From positions 192,001 to 256,000 of the forward strand of contig CAVRZA010000004.1 in assembly GCA_963725665.1 (NCBI GenBank): a DNA stretch of 64,000 nt, written 5' to 3'. The position numbers were made by a program, and so were the translations under genes. This document shows, in pieces, positions 19,798 through 29,807 of this stretch. The notes beneath the pieces were generated by a model, which saw only the letters and a program-made list of their open reading frames with translations, was not told the DNA's origin and made no database searches. This DNA is from an uncultured Actinomycetes bacterium (lineage in GTDB: Bacteria; Actinomycetota; Thermoleophilia; UBA2241). Position 1 is the first letter of the stretch. Every line of letters begins with the position of its first letter.

Positions 19798-20307
19798 ATG
19801 GACGTCCTCGATTGCATCGCGCAGCGCTACAGCGCGCGCGGCTATCGCTCCGACCCGGTGGACGAAGAGGCACTCGACAAGGTGCTCGAGGCGGCGCGTC
19901 TGGCGCCGACCGCCGCCAACCGGCAGCCGTTTCGCGTGCTGGTCATCCACACGGCAGGCAGGGAAAAGGAGCTCGCGCGCATCTATGGCCGGCCGTGGTT
20001 CGTCCAGGCGCCCCTCGTGCTGGCGGTCGTGGCGGTGCCGGGCGAGGCGTGGCGCCGCATGGACGACAAGCCCTACGACGAGGTCGACGCAACGATCGCC
20101 ATGGACCACCTGATCCTCGCCGCTGCCAGCCTCGGCCTGGGCACGTGCTGGGTCGCCGCCTTCGATCCGGCCGTGGCGCGTGATGTGCTTGGTCTGCCCG
20201 ACGATGTCGAGCCGCTCGCGTTCACGCCGCTCGGCTACGCGACGACGCCGCCAAAGGAGAAGAAGCGGCGGCCGCTCGCGGAGCTCGTCAAGTACGAACG
20301 CTGGTGA
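19798..20307 (+). CDS. Nitroreductase family protein
   Basis: RYSARGY, APTAANRQP, LAAASLGLGTCW. Confidence 0.92.
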   Translation: MDVLDCIAQRYSARGYRSDPVDEEALDKVLEAARLAPTAANRQPFRVLVIHTAGREKELARIYGRPWFVQAPLVLAVVAVPGEAWRRMDDKPYDEVDATIAMDHLILAAASLGLGTCWVAAFDPAVARDVLGLPDDVEPLAFTPLGYATTPPKEKKRRPLAELVKYERW

Positions 20308-21673
20308 GCGCGTCGAGCAGCTCGTTCCAGGCGTCGAGATAGGCGTCGACGTCGTCGTCGACCGCCGGGATGGGGACCACGGGTCCGGCGCCTACGATCG
20401 CCTCCCACACGCTACGGTTCGCCAGCCAGATGCGGATCAGGCGCGCGAGCAAGTCGTCATGGCAGGCGCGCGCCTCGGCGGCGTCGCGGACCGGCGTCGG
20501 GCGGAACGTGTAGCCGGAGCGCGGCCCGAGATGGTGGATGTGCCAGGGCAGGCCGGTGCGCTCGACGCCGGCACGCATGCCTGCGGCGAGGCGCGCGCCC
20601 AGCCGCTGTGTGTGCGCGTAGGCCTCGGGCGTGAGCACCTCCAGCATGATCGCTTTCGCCGCCGCCATAGAGAGGGCGTTGCCGAAGAGCGTGCCACCGG
20701 TGGCGACCAGGTCGGAGCGCTCGCCGTCGGAGCCCTTCGCCTGCGTCAGTACCTCCGCGACTTCGTCGGTCATGCCCCAGGCACCGAACGGCACTCCGCC
20801 GGCGATCGACTTGCCGCTGGTCACGAGGTCGGGCGCGAGCCCCCACATCTTTGTCAGCCCACCCGGACCGACGACTTGAGTGTGCGTCTCGTCGAACGCC
20901 AGGAGGGTGCCGGTCTCGCGCGTGACCGCCCGCAAGGCGTCGTTGAAGCCCGGCTCGGGGAGGATCAGGCCGAAGTTGTTCGTCAGCGCTGGCTCGGTGA
21001 GCACGAGGGCCACCTCGTGGCCCTCGAGAGCCCGAGCCAGCGCCTCGGGGTCGTTGAAGGGCACGATGACCGTCTGCTCGATCACGCTCCTGGGCAGGCC
21101 CTTCTCCTCGGGAACAAGCTTGCCGTCGGCCTTGAGCTCGACGAGTGTCTGGTCGAAGTGCCCGTGGTAGTGGCCGTCGAACATGAGCACCTTCTCGCGC
21201 CCGGTCACGACGCGGGCGACGCGGATCGCCTCGGTGTTGGCTTGCGACGCCGACAGCGTGTACTGCCACTTCGGCAGGCTGTAGCGGCGGCCGAGCTCCT
21301 CAGAGACGACGATCGCGTCCTCCGTCGGGAGGAGGAACTGGTTGCCGCGCGCGATCCTCTCGGAAACAGCCCGCACGAGCGGCTCGGGCGCGTAGCCGCA
21401 GAACATCGACATGTCGGCGATGTTGAAGTCGCTGTAGGTATGTCCGTCGACGTCCGTGAAGCGGGCGCCGCGTCCCTCGACGACCCAGAGCGGTGGGTGG
21501 TGGTAGCTGCCGACGAGCCAGGCCATGGGTACGCCGTTCGGCATGACGCGGCGCCCGCGCTCCAACAGCTCTACGGAGCGTGGGTGAGCGTCGCGGAAAC
21601 GCGCGTCTTCCCGATTCTTCAACTCGCGCACAAGGGCGCGCTCGACGGTGAACACGGGGTCGATGGTCGTCAT
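20288..21673 (-). CDS. Class III PLP aminotransferase (GSA-aminomutase-like)
   Basis: PNGV, DVDGHTY, FDGHYHG, LTEP, FDETHT, SGKSIAGGVP, GGTLFGN. Confidence 0.9.
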   Translation of the reverse strand: MTTIDPVFTVERALVRELKNREDARFRDAHPRSVELLERGRRVMPNGVPMAWLVGSYHHPPLWVVEGRGARFTDVDGHTYSDFNIADMSMFCGYAPEPLVRAVSERIARGNQFLLPTEDAIVVSEELGRRYSLPKWQYTLSASQANTEAIRVARVVTGREKVLMFDGHYHGHFDQTLVELKADGKLVPEEKGLPRSVIEQTVIVPFNDPEALARALEGHEVALVLTEPALTNNFGLILPEPGFNDALRAVTRETGTLLAFDETHTQVVGPGGLTKMWGLAPDLVTSGKSIAGGVPFGAWGMTDEVAEVLTQAKGSDGERSDLVATGGTLFGNALSMAAAKAIMLEVLTPEAYAHTQRLGARLAAGMRAGVERTGLPWHIHHLGPRSGYTFRPTPVRDAAEARACHDDLLARLIRIWLANRSVWEAIVGAGPVVPIPAVDDDVDAYLDAWNELLDALTSVRT

Positions 21674-21921
21674 GGAGCGACTCCTCCTCGTCGATCGAAG
21701 CCGGCGTCGCCGGCGGCCGTCACGGCAGGTCGCGGCCGCCGGCCCATAGGAGCATTCGCCGCCGCCACTCCCTCGTCAAGTCAGCCCGACGGTATGCTTG
21801 TCGCTGATCAGTGCGCCGGAGTGGGGTGCTGGTCGGGATCATGGAGGCTGCCGGCTTGTTCTCGGGGCGGCGTCCCGGAGTGCGTGTGGGTGCGCGCTCC
21901 GGTGTCAGGAAGGGGCTGCGT

Positions 21922-23358
21922 GTGAAGGCAGAGTTGCGAGTCTTGAGCCCGGCCGAGCGCGAGCAAGTGCACGAGCGCACGCTGCACGTCCTCGCCACCA
22001 AGGGCATGCGCGTCGACACGGCCCAGGGACGTGTGATCCTCCGCGAAGCCGGGGGGCAGGTCGACGAAGAGACGCGCGGTGTCCGCTTCCCCGAGGAGCT
22101 CGTCGAGCGGTCGATCGACATGGCGACCAAGGAGTTCGCGCTCGGCGGTCGCCGAGCCGATTGGAGCTTCGCGCTGAACGCCGGCGGCTTCTCGCTCTGT
22201 GCAGACGGCGGCAGCAACGTGTTGCTCGACCGGCGCACGGGCGAGCGCCGCGATTCGACATTCGAGGATTGGCTCGAGATGACGCGCGTCCTCGACGCCA
22301 TCGAGGACGTCGGGATGTACTGGTGCATGATCGACGGCGGTCTCGACTGGTCGACGCCCGTCGGCATGGTCGAGTACCTGACGCACCTGTTCGGCACGTT
22401 CGGGCGCCACGTGCAGGACTCCTACGACACGCCGCGGGTCATGCCCTGGGTCACGCGTGCGCTCGAGGTCGTCTTCGGCAGCCGCGAGGAGGTGCGTCGC
22501 CGGCATCCGTTCTCGTTTCTGATCACGCCGGCCTCGCCCCTGATCATCGAGGAGCACTACACCGAGTCCTGGCTCGCCTCACGCGGCTACGATATTCCCG
22601 TCGCCGTGATGCCGATGCCGCTCATGGGCGCCACCGCGCCCGGGAGCCGCATCGCCACGCTGGTGCAGGCGAACTGCGAGGTCCTGGGCACGCTCTGCCT
22701 GGTGCAGGCGGCCGACCCGGGGGTGCCGTTCATCTACGCGCCCGTCGTCGCTAGCATGGACCCGCGCAGCGGGCGCTACAGCGGCGGCGCCATGGAGCAC
22801 TACGTGCTCGGCGCCGCCGCGACCGAGATGGCCCGTCACTACGGCTTTCCAGTGCTTGCCAGCGGCTGCGGCACCGACCATTTCGTGCCCTCGCTGCAGG
22901 CGGCCTACGAAAAGGCGATGAGCGCTCTGCTCGTTACCCTCTCGTGGCCCGACTTGCTAGTTGGCCCCGGCATGCTCGGCGGCGCCTCGGTCATGAGCTT
23001 CGAGCAGCTCGTCATGGACGTCGAGGTCTTCCGCGCCGCGCGCGCCGCGCACGAGGGCATCACGGTGAGCGATGAGTCATGGCTGGATGAAGCTGTGGCG
23101 CACGTCGACTTCGGCGGCAGCTTCCTGTTCGAGAGATCGACCAAGGAGAACGTGCGCCGCGGCGAGTGGGCGATGAGCCGCTTCGGCCTGCACGACACGC
23201 GCGGCGCCTGGGAGCGCGGCGGCTCGCCGACGACGCTCCAGCAGGCGCGCGACGAGGTAGAGCGGCTCCTCGCCTCGCACGAGCCGGAGCCGCTCCCCGA
23301 GGACGTCGCGCGCGCGCTGCGAGATCTGCGTCGTGAGGCGGCCGCGGCGTCCTCCTGA
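21922..23358 (+). CDS. Trimethylamine methyltransferase (MttB superfamily), non-pyrrolysine
   Basis: VHERTLHVLATKG, MGATAPGS, MDPRSG, ARHYGFPVLASGCGTD (Gly at the Pyl site), QAAYEK; GTG start at 21922. Confidence 0.88.
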   Translation: MKAELRVLSPAEREQVHERTLHVLATKGMRVDTAQGRVILREAGGQVDEETRGVRFPEELVERSIDMATKEFALGGRRADWSFALNAGGFSLCADGGSNVLLDRRTGERRDSTFEDWLEMTRVLDAIEDVGMYWCMIDGGLDWSTPVGMVEYLTHLFGTFGRHVQDSYDTPRVMPWVTRALEVVFGSREEVRRRHPFSFLITPASPLIIEEHYTESWLASRGYDIPVAVMPMPLMGATAPGSRIATLVQANCEVLGTLCLVQAADPGVPFIYAPVVASMDPRSGRYSGGAMEHYVLGAAATEMARHYGFPVLASGCGTDHFVPSLQAAYEKAMSALLVTLSWPDLLVGPGMLGGASVMSFEQLVMDVEVFRAARAAHEGITVSDESWLDEAVAHVDFGGSFLFERSTKENVRRGEWAMSRFGLHDTRGAWERGGSPTTLQQARDEVERLLASHEPEPLPEDVARALRDLRREAAAASS

Positions 23359-23465
23359 GAGTCCACCGGCTTGGCGTTGGCGGTGCGGGGGCAGAATCCC
23401 CTCTGTCTTCGGGCTTTTCCCGAGGGCGTCGCGGTGCTCAGATCAGAAGGACGGGCCGGGTCGCA

Positions 23466-23675
23466 GTGTGGAGGTCCAAGTCATGGTGGCTCTTCGTCGG
23501 CTTGCTTGCCGCTGCGTTGACGGCCGTCGTGGTCATCGCGTTCGTGACCTCGAGCCCCTTGACGAGCTACGGCGGCAGGGCGCCGCGTCCCGCCGGCCTG
23601 AGCGCGCCTGCGGCGCCGTATCCATCCCTGCACCCGGGCGCCGGCTCCGCCTCGGTGTCCGGCGCGTCGCAGTGA
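23466..23675 (+). CDS. Small membrane-anchored hypothetical protein
   Basis: One hydrophobic N-terminal segment; ends 13 nt before the DUF72 gene. Confidence 0.35.
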   Translation: MWRSKSWWLFVGLLAAALTAVVVIAFVTSSPLTSYGGRAPRPAGLSAPAAPYPSLHPGAGSASVSGASQ

Positions 23676-23688
23676 CCGTGGCCATCTG

Positions 23689-24396
23689 ATGGCTACGCTC
23701 TACACAGGCACCTCGGGGTTCGCTTACCCGGCGTGGAAGCCGGGCTTCTACCCGTCCACGGTGCCCGCCGCGAAGTTCCTTGAGTACTACGCTACGCGGC
23801 TCAATTGCGTCGAGATCAACTACACCTTCAGGCGCATGCCCGCCGCATCCACACTGCAGTCGTGGGTCGACCTCACCCCCGAGGGGTTTGCCTTCGCCGT
23901 CAAGGCGCACCAGCAGATCACGCACTTTCGCCGCCTCAAAGACGCCGGCGAGCCCACGCAGGCATTCCTCGCCGCCCTGGAGCCGCTGCGCGCCGCCGGC
24001 AGGCTTGGTCCCGTGCTGTTCCAGCTTCCGCCGCACCTGAAGGTCGACGTGGAGCGGCTCGATGCCTTTCTCGAGCTGCTGCCGCCCGACTCGAGATACG
24101 CCTTCGAGTTCCGCGACGCCTCGTGGTTCGTCGACGACGTGTACTCGCTGCTCGGCGAGTACGGCGTGTCGCTGTGCGTGGCCGAGTCCGACAAGCTGGA
24201 AGTACCCGATGTCGTCACCGGCGGCTTCGTCTACTACCGCTTGAGGAAGCCGACCTACGACGAGGCCGACCTCGACGGCGTCGTCGCTCGCTCGCGGCAG
24301 GTGCTGGCCGGCGGGCGCGACGTGTACGTGCTGTTCAAGCACGAAGACGACCCGACGGGAGCCCTCTACGCGGAGCGCGTGCTCGCGGCGGCGTAG
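23689..24396 (+). CDS. DUF72 (YecE) family protein
   Basis: GTSGFAY..W..FYP, VEINYTF, LFQLPP, EFR..SW, YYRL. Confidence 0.92.
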   Translation: MATLYTGTSGFAYPAWKPGFYPSTVPAAKFLEYYATRLNCVEINYTFRRMPAASTLQSWVDLTPEGFAFAVKAHQQITHFRRLKDAGEPTQAFLAALEPLRAAGRLGPVLFQLPPHLKVDVERLDAFLELLPPDSRYAFEFRDASWFVDDVYSLLGEYGVSLCVAESDKLEVPDVVTGGFVYYRLRKPTYDEADLDGVVARSRQVLAGGRDVYVLFKHEDDPTGALYAERVLAAA

Positions 24397-24524
24397 CCGC
24401 GGGTGGCTTGCGCCGTCGGCAGCCGAGCCCGCGTCGGCTTGCACTGGCGCGCTTCGGCGGTAGTGTTAGCGGACCGCGAATCGACCTCGTCGTGGCGTCG
24501 TGCGGCGAGGGGAAGGAGAGGCCC

Positions 24525-26049
24525 GTGTCCATCGTCCTTGACGGCAGCTCGCTGACGATCGAGAAGCTGGCGGCCATCGCCCGTGACGGCGAGGCGGTCG
24601 TGCTCGACGCGGCGGCTCTCGAGCGCATCCGTCGCTGCCGCGAGATGCTCGAAGAGAAGCTCGCGGCAGGCGAGATCATGTACGGCACCAACACCGGCAT
24701 CGGCGAGTTCTCCGAGGTCGTGCTCAACGACCAGCAGGTGCAGGAGTTCCAGCGCTCGCTCATCTACAACCACGCCGCCGGCATCGGCGAGCCGGCCCCC
24801 GAGGAAGTCGTGCGCGCCGCCATGGCGAGCCGTGTCAACGTGCTCGCCCGCGGGCACTCCGGCATCCGCGCCGAGATCCCGCTCACCCTGGTGAAGATGC
24901 TCAACGGCGGCGTCACGCCGGTGATCTGCCAGAAGGGCTCCGTAGGCGCCTCCGGCGACCTCGCCCCGATGGCGCAGATGGCGCTGCTCATGATGGGCGA
25001 GGGCGAGGCCTTCTACCAGGGCGAGCGCCTGCCCGGGCGAGCGGCCATGGAGCGGGCCGGCATCCCGGTGCCGGGCCTGCATGCCCGCGACGGCCTGGCG
25101 ATCATCAACGGCTCCAACGTGCTTACCGCCATGAGCGCCCTGCTGCTCGTCGACGTCGAGCGCTGGCTGCGCCAGGCGGAGATCGCCTGCGCCATGAGCC
25201 TCGAGGCGCTGCTGGCGAACCTCAAGCCCTACGACGTGCGCCTGCACGAGCTGCGCGGCTTCGCCGGCGCGGTCCGCAGCGCCCGGACCATCATGCGCTG
25301 CATCGAGGGCAGCGACCTGGCCACGGGCAAGATCAAGACCAAGGTCCAGGACGCTTACTCGATGCGCTCATCGCCGCAGGTGATCGGGGCGGCGCACGAC
25401 GCCGTCGCCTTCGCTCGCTCGCAGGTCGAGATCGAGCTCAACGGGGTCGGCGACAACCCCATCTTCCTGCCCGACGAGAGGCTCACGCTCACCGGCGCCA
25501 ACTTCCAGGGCACGCCCGTCTCACTGCCCATGGAGCTGGTCGGTCAGGCAATCACGATGGTCTGCGTGTTGAGTGAGCGGCGCCTGAACCGCCTCGAGAA
25601 CCCCGCCCTCAGCCAGGGGCTGCCCGACTTCTTAACGCCCGACCCCGGCTTCTACTCGGGCCTGATGCTCAGCCAGTACACCGCCGACACGCTGATCGTC
25701 GAGCAGCGCCTCCTCTCCGCCCCCGCCTCGACGATGTCGATCCCCGCCGCGGCCGACCAGGAGGACTTCGTCTCCATGGGCATGAACACGGCCCTCAAGA
25801 ACCGGCAGATCCTCGAGAACGCGTGCGGGGTGCTGGGCATCGAGTTCATGGCGGCGGCGCAGGCGCTCGACTTTCGCGACTTCACGCCCGGGAAGGGGCG
25901 TGCGGGTCGCGCACGACGTCATCCGGCGGCACGTGGCGCACCTGGATGAGGACCGGCCTCTCTACCCAGACCACAACGCGATGATGGCTCTCGTGCGCTC
26001 TGGCGAGATCCTCGCGGCGGTCGAGGAGGCCGTGGGACCGCTGGCGTGA
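24525..26049 (+). CDS. hutH: MIO-dependent aromatic amino acid (histidine) ammonia-lyase; +1 frameshift near 25895
   Basis: MYGTNTGIG, GSVGASGDLAP (MIO ASG), QDAYSMR, DNP, NFQG, QEDFVSMG. The C-terminus ...VAHLDEDRPLYPD...GPLA* is in a shifted frame. Confidence 0.85.
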
Positions 26050-26162
26050 GGCTGTGGTACGTATTTCACAGTGGTTGAGCAGCGAGTATTCTGTCTTGCT
26101 TGCAAGGGGTCGCGCGCTTCCGGGAGCCACGACGCGTGACGAAGACAAAGGGGAGGAAGACT

Positions 26163-27188
26163 ATGCGTGACTTGTCCACAAGGTCGAGGGTCCTGAGCCT
26201 CGCCACCATCCTCGGGCTGGTCGGGCTGGCGCTGCTCGTCGCCGGCTGCGGGAGCAGCACCACGACGAGCAGCGCCAGCCCCAGCGCCAGCCCGAGCGCG
26301 ACTTCCACCGCGGCCGCGCCGTGGACCGCCGCCGACCTCGCCGCGATCACGACCGACAGCTCACTCACGGCCTTGCTGCCGGCCGACATCCAGAGCAGCG
26401 GCGTGATCAAGTGCCTGAGCGACATCCCGTACCCGCCGTGGGAGTACTTCGACCCGCCGACCAGCACCAATCCGGCCGGCTTCGACTTCGACATGTCCCA
26501 GGCGCTGGGAAAGAAGCTCGGCGTCGAGGTCAAGTTCATCGACAGTACGTTCGAGTCCATCCTGCTCAAGATCAAAGGCGGCCAAGGCGACATGGCCTTG
26601 TCGGCGATGTACGACAACGAGGAGCGTCAGAAGGCCGGCTACAGCTTTGTCGACTACACGTTCGACGGCACAGGCATCCTGGTCGCCAAGGGCAACCCCA
26701 ACGGGATCACCGGCCTGGACAGCCTCGCGGGTAAGACGGTCGCCGTCGAGAGTGGCGCGACACAGGTGGTTGTGCTTCAGGAACTGAACAAGGACTTTCA
26801 GAGCGCCGGCGAGTCGCAGATGCAGATCCTGAGCCTCCCGGACCAGCCCGCGGCGCTGCTCGCGGTCAAGAGCAATCGGGCCGTCGCCGACCTGACCGAC
26901 TTCTCCACAGCCGTGGACATCGCCACGACGAACGACGGCAACACCTTCGAGGTGGTCCGCGATCCGGCGGCGCCCTACGAGCCGCAGATGAACGGTATGG
27001 CCGTGCTCGCCACGAACACGCAGCTCGTGGACGCCCTCCAGAAGGCGCTGCAGGCCCTGATCGACGAGGGTTCCTACCAGAAGCTGGTCGCGGCGTGGGG
27101 CTTCGTCCCTGTCGAGTCGGCGCAGGTGAACCAGGGTCCGGCCTACGCCGCGAGCCACGCAGGTCTCCCCGTGAGCCCCTCGCCGTAA
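26163..27188 (+). CDS. Polar amino acid ABC transporter substrate-binding lipoprotein
   Basis: Lipobox LVAGC, YPPWEY, GFDFD, SAMYDNEER. Confidence 0.9.
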   Translation: MRDLSTRSRVLSLATILGLVGLALLVAGCGSSTTTSSASPSASPSATSTAAAPWTAADLAAITTDSSLTALLPADIQSSGVIKCLSDIPYPPWEYFDPPTSTNPAGFDFDMSQALGKKLGVEVKFIDSTFESILLKIKGGQGDMALSAMYDNEERQKAGYSFVDYTFDGTGILVAKGNPNGITGLDSLAGKTVAVESGATQVVVLQELNKDFQSAGESQMQILSLPDQPAALLAVKSNRAVADLTDFSTAVDIATTNDGNTFEVVRDPAAPYEPQMNGMAVLATNTQLVDALQKALQALIDEGSYQKLVAAWGFVPVESAQVNQGPAYAASHAGLPVSPSP

Positions 27189-27192
27189 CACC

Positions 27193-28170
27193 ATGACGGT
27201 TGTGGGACCTTCTGGCCAGCTTGAAGGAGGTGCGGCGGCGCCCGGGGCGGGCTTGCCCGCCCCGGGCGCCGCGCGCCCGGAGGCGATAAAGGCGATCCCG
27301 GTCCGTCACTGGGGCCGCTGGATCGGCGCCGCTATCGTCATCTACCTGGTTGTGGCTCTCGCGTACTCGTTCGTCAAGAACAGCAACGTGGAGTGGCCGG
27401 TGGTATGGGAGTACCTGTTCAAGCCGCTGACGCTGCGCGGCCTGTTGCTCACGATCGAGCTGACGTTCGTCTCGATGGTGATCGGCGCGGCCGGCGGAGT
27501 CCTTCTGGCTGTGATGCGGCTCTCCGACAACTACGTGCTCTCGGGTATCGCCTGGGTCTACATCTGGTTCTTCCGTGGCACCCCGGTCTACGTGCAGATC
27601 ATCATCTGGGCCAACCTGGGTGTGTTTTATCCGAATGTCATCGCGGGGCTGCCGTTCACCGGTGTCGTGTTCGGCTCCACCGACAGCGGCACACTCGTGG
27701 CGCGCATCATCGTGCCCGCCATCCTCGCCCTCGGTCTGAACGAGGCGGCCTACGCCGCCGAGCTGGTGCGGGCCGGCATCATCTCCGTCGAGGCGGGTCA
27801 GACCGAAGCGGCGCTGTCGCTGGGCATGTCGCCCACGCTCACCATGCGCCGGGTCGTGTTGCCGCAGGCGATGCGTGTGATCATCCCCACGTTCGGCAAC
27901 GAGACGATCAGCATGCTCAAGACAACGTCGCTGATCGCCGCCATCGGCGGCCTCGAGATGTTCGGCCGCCTGCAGTCGGTCTACTCACAGACCTACCAGA
28001 TCATCCCGCTGCTCGTCGTGGCCTGCATCTGGTATCTCTTCCTCACGTCGGTCCTGACCATCGGCCAGGGCTACCTCGAGGCGTATTTTGGGAAGGGCTT
28101 CGGGGAGAAAGAGGCCGAGGCCGCGGAGAAGCGGGCCGTGAAGCGAGCAGCGAGGGCGCCGCATGTCTGA
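27193..28170 (+). CDS. Amino acid ABC transporter permease
   Basis: [19 protein letters not shown] loop, PQAMR, KTTSL; start uncertain. Confidence 0.92.
   Translation: MTVVGPSGQLEGGAAAPGAGLPAPGAARPEAIKAIPVRHWGRWIGAAIVIYLVVALAYSFVKNSNVEWPVVWEYLFKPLTLRGLLLTIELTFVSMVIGAAGGVLLAVMRLSDNYVLSGIAWVYIWFFRGTPVYVQIIIWANLGVFYPNVIAGLPFTGVVFGSTDSGTLVARIIVPAILALGLNEAAYAAELVRAGIISVEAGQTEAALSLGMSPTLTMRRVVLPQAMRVIIPTFGNETISMLKTTSLIAAIGGLEMFGRLQSVYSQTYQIIPLLVVACIWYLFLTSVLTIGQGYLEAYFGKGFGEKEAEAAEKRAVKRAARAPHV
27235..27272. repeat. Perfect 18-bp inverted repeat just after the binding-protein gene (mRNA-stabilising or attenuating stem)
   Basis: gcggcgcccggggcgggc-tt-gcccgccccgggcgccgc. Confidence 0.6.
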
Positions 28171-28981
28171 CGAGAGCGGACATATTGTCTCGCCGACCGT
28201 CTCGGGGGTGTCGGCCGGCCAGCCCATGGTCAAGGCCGAGCAGGTCTGGAAGAGCTTCGGCAAGCTCGACGTGCTCAAAGGCATCGATCTCGAGGTCATG
28301 CCCCAGGAGACCTACGTCCTCCTCGGTCCGTCGGGCGGCGGCAAGTCGACGCTCCTGCGCTGCATCAACCATCTCGAGAAGATCAACGCCGGGCGGCTGT
28401 GGGTCGGCGGCGAGCTCATGGGCTATCGCCAGAGGGGCGATGTCCTGCATGAGATGCGGGCGAAGGACGTCGCGCGTCAGCGCTCTGAGGTGGGCATGGT
28501 CTTCCAGCGCTTCAACCTCTTCCCGCACATGACCGCCATCGAGAACGTGATGGAGTCGCCGATCAAGGTGCAGCACGTGCCTCGCCAGCGAGCCGAGAAC
28601 GAGGCCGAGGAGCTGCTGACCAGGGTGGGCCTGAAGGAGAAACTCGACGTGTACCCGGCTCAGCTCTCGGGTGGCCAGCAGCAGCGCGTCGCCATCGCCC
28701 GGGCCCTGGCCATGAAGCCCAAGCTGATGCTCTTCGACGAGCCCACCTCGGCGCTCGACCCCGAACTGGTGGGCGAGGTGCTCGACGTGATGAAGCAGCT
28801 TGCCCGCGACGGCATGACCATGGTCGTCGTGACACACGAGATGGGCTTCGCCAAGGAGGTCGCCGACGGCGTGGCGCTGATAGACGGCGGCGTCATTGTC
28901 GAGAATGGTCCGCCGCTCGAGGTTCTCGTCAACCCGAAGGAAGAGCGCACGAAGCTCTTTCTGTCGAAGGTGCTCTCCTAG
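28163..28981 (+). CDS. Amino acid ABC transporter ATP-binding protein
   Basis: [32 protein letters not shown]. Confidence 0.95.
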   Translation: MSDESGHIVSPTVSGVSAGQPMVKAEQVWKSFGKLDVLKGIDLEVMPQETYVLLGPSGGGKSTLLRCINHLEKINAGRLWVGGELMGYRQRGDVLHEMRAKDVARQRSEVGMVFQRFNLFPHMTAIENVMESPIKVQHVPRQRAENEAEELLTRVGLKEKLDVYPAQLSGGQQQRVAIARALAMKPKLMLFDEPTSALDPELVGEVLDVMKQLARDGMTMVVVTHEMGFAKEVADGVALIDGGVIVENGPPLEVLVNPKEERTKLFLSKVLS

Positions 28982-29143
28982 GGGCATCGTCAATGACCCG
29001 GGCAGAGAGAGGCTCTGCTCGCGGCATCGTCCAGTCGGCCGCGACGTCGCGAACCAGCAGTCGCGCACCGCGTCCCCGCGGCCGAGTGTCGCGCCAGGGT
29101 CCATAGAATCGCCGCAACCAAGCCACGGGAGGAAGGTCCGCTC

Positions 29144-29803
29144 ATGTCGACCACCGAGAAGCTCATCCTGGCCGTGCAGGACGGTGACGGCGAACAAGCC
29201 GCCGCCCTTGCCCGTCAGGCCCTCGACGAGGGCGCCGAAGCGGCAGCCCTCGTCGACGCGCTGACGGGCTGCATACGCGAGATCGGCGATCGCTTCGGCA
29301 CCGGCGAGATCTTCCTGCCCGAGCTGATGCTGGCTGGGCGCGCGATGCAGGGCGCGATGAGCGTCCTCGAGCCGGAACTTGTGAGGTCGTCGGCCGCCCT
29401 GCGGAAGCGCGGCACCATCGTGATCGGCACCGTGAAGGGCGACGTGCACGAGATCGGCAAGGATATCGCCACCACCATGCTCAAGGCGGCGGGGTTCGAT
29501 GTGCACGACCTCGGTCGGGACGTGAGCTCGTTCGACTTCGTGCGCCGGGCCGAGGAGGTGCACGCCGACATCATCGGCGCCTCCGCCCTGATGACCACGA
29601 CGATGCCGGCGCAGAAGGAGATCATCGACGTCCTCGAGGCGAAGGGCCTGCGCGCGAAGTACCACGTGATCATCGGCGGCGCCCCGGTCACCAGCGAGTG
29701 GGTCGCCGAGGCGGGCGCCGACAGCTGGGGCGAGGACGCCGGTAAGGCCGTGAAGATCCTCGAGCAGGTGATGGCCGAGAAGGCCGGGAAGCTGGAGGGC
29801 TGA
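29144..29803 (+). CDS. Methyltransferase cognate corrinoid protein
   Basis: EIFLPEL, GTVKGDVHEIGK, SALMTTT, IIGGAP. Confidence 0.93.
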   Translation: MSTTEKLILAVQDGDGEQAAALARQALDEGAEAAALVDALTGCIREIGDRFGTGEIFLPELMLAGRAMQGAMSVLEPELVRSSAALRKRGTIVIGTVKGDVHEIGKDIATTMLKAAGFDVHDLGRDVSSFDFVRRAEEVHADIIGASALMTTTMPAQKEIIDVLEAKGLRAKYHVIIGGAPVTSEWVAEAGADSWGEDAGKAVKILEQVMAEKAGKLEG

Positions 29804-29807
29804 CGAC

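Noticed and set aside
24525-26049. Ergothionase (TMA-lyase) identity for the HAL homolog
   Set aside because: The MIO-forming Ala-Ser-Gly is intact, whereas ergothionases lack MIO.
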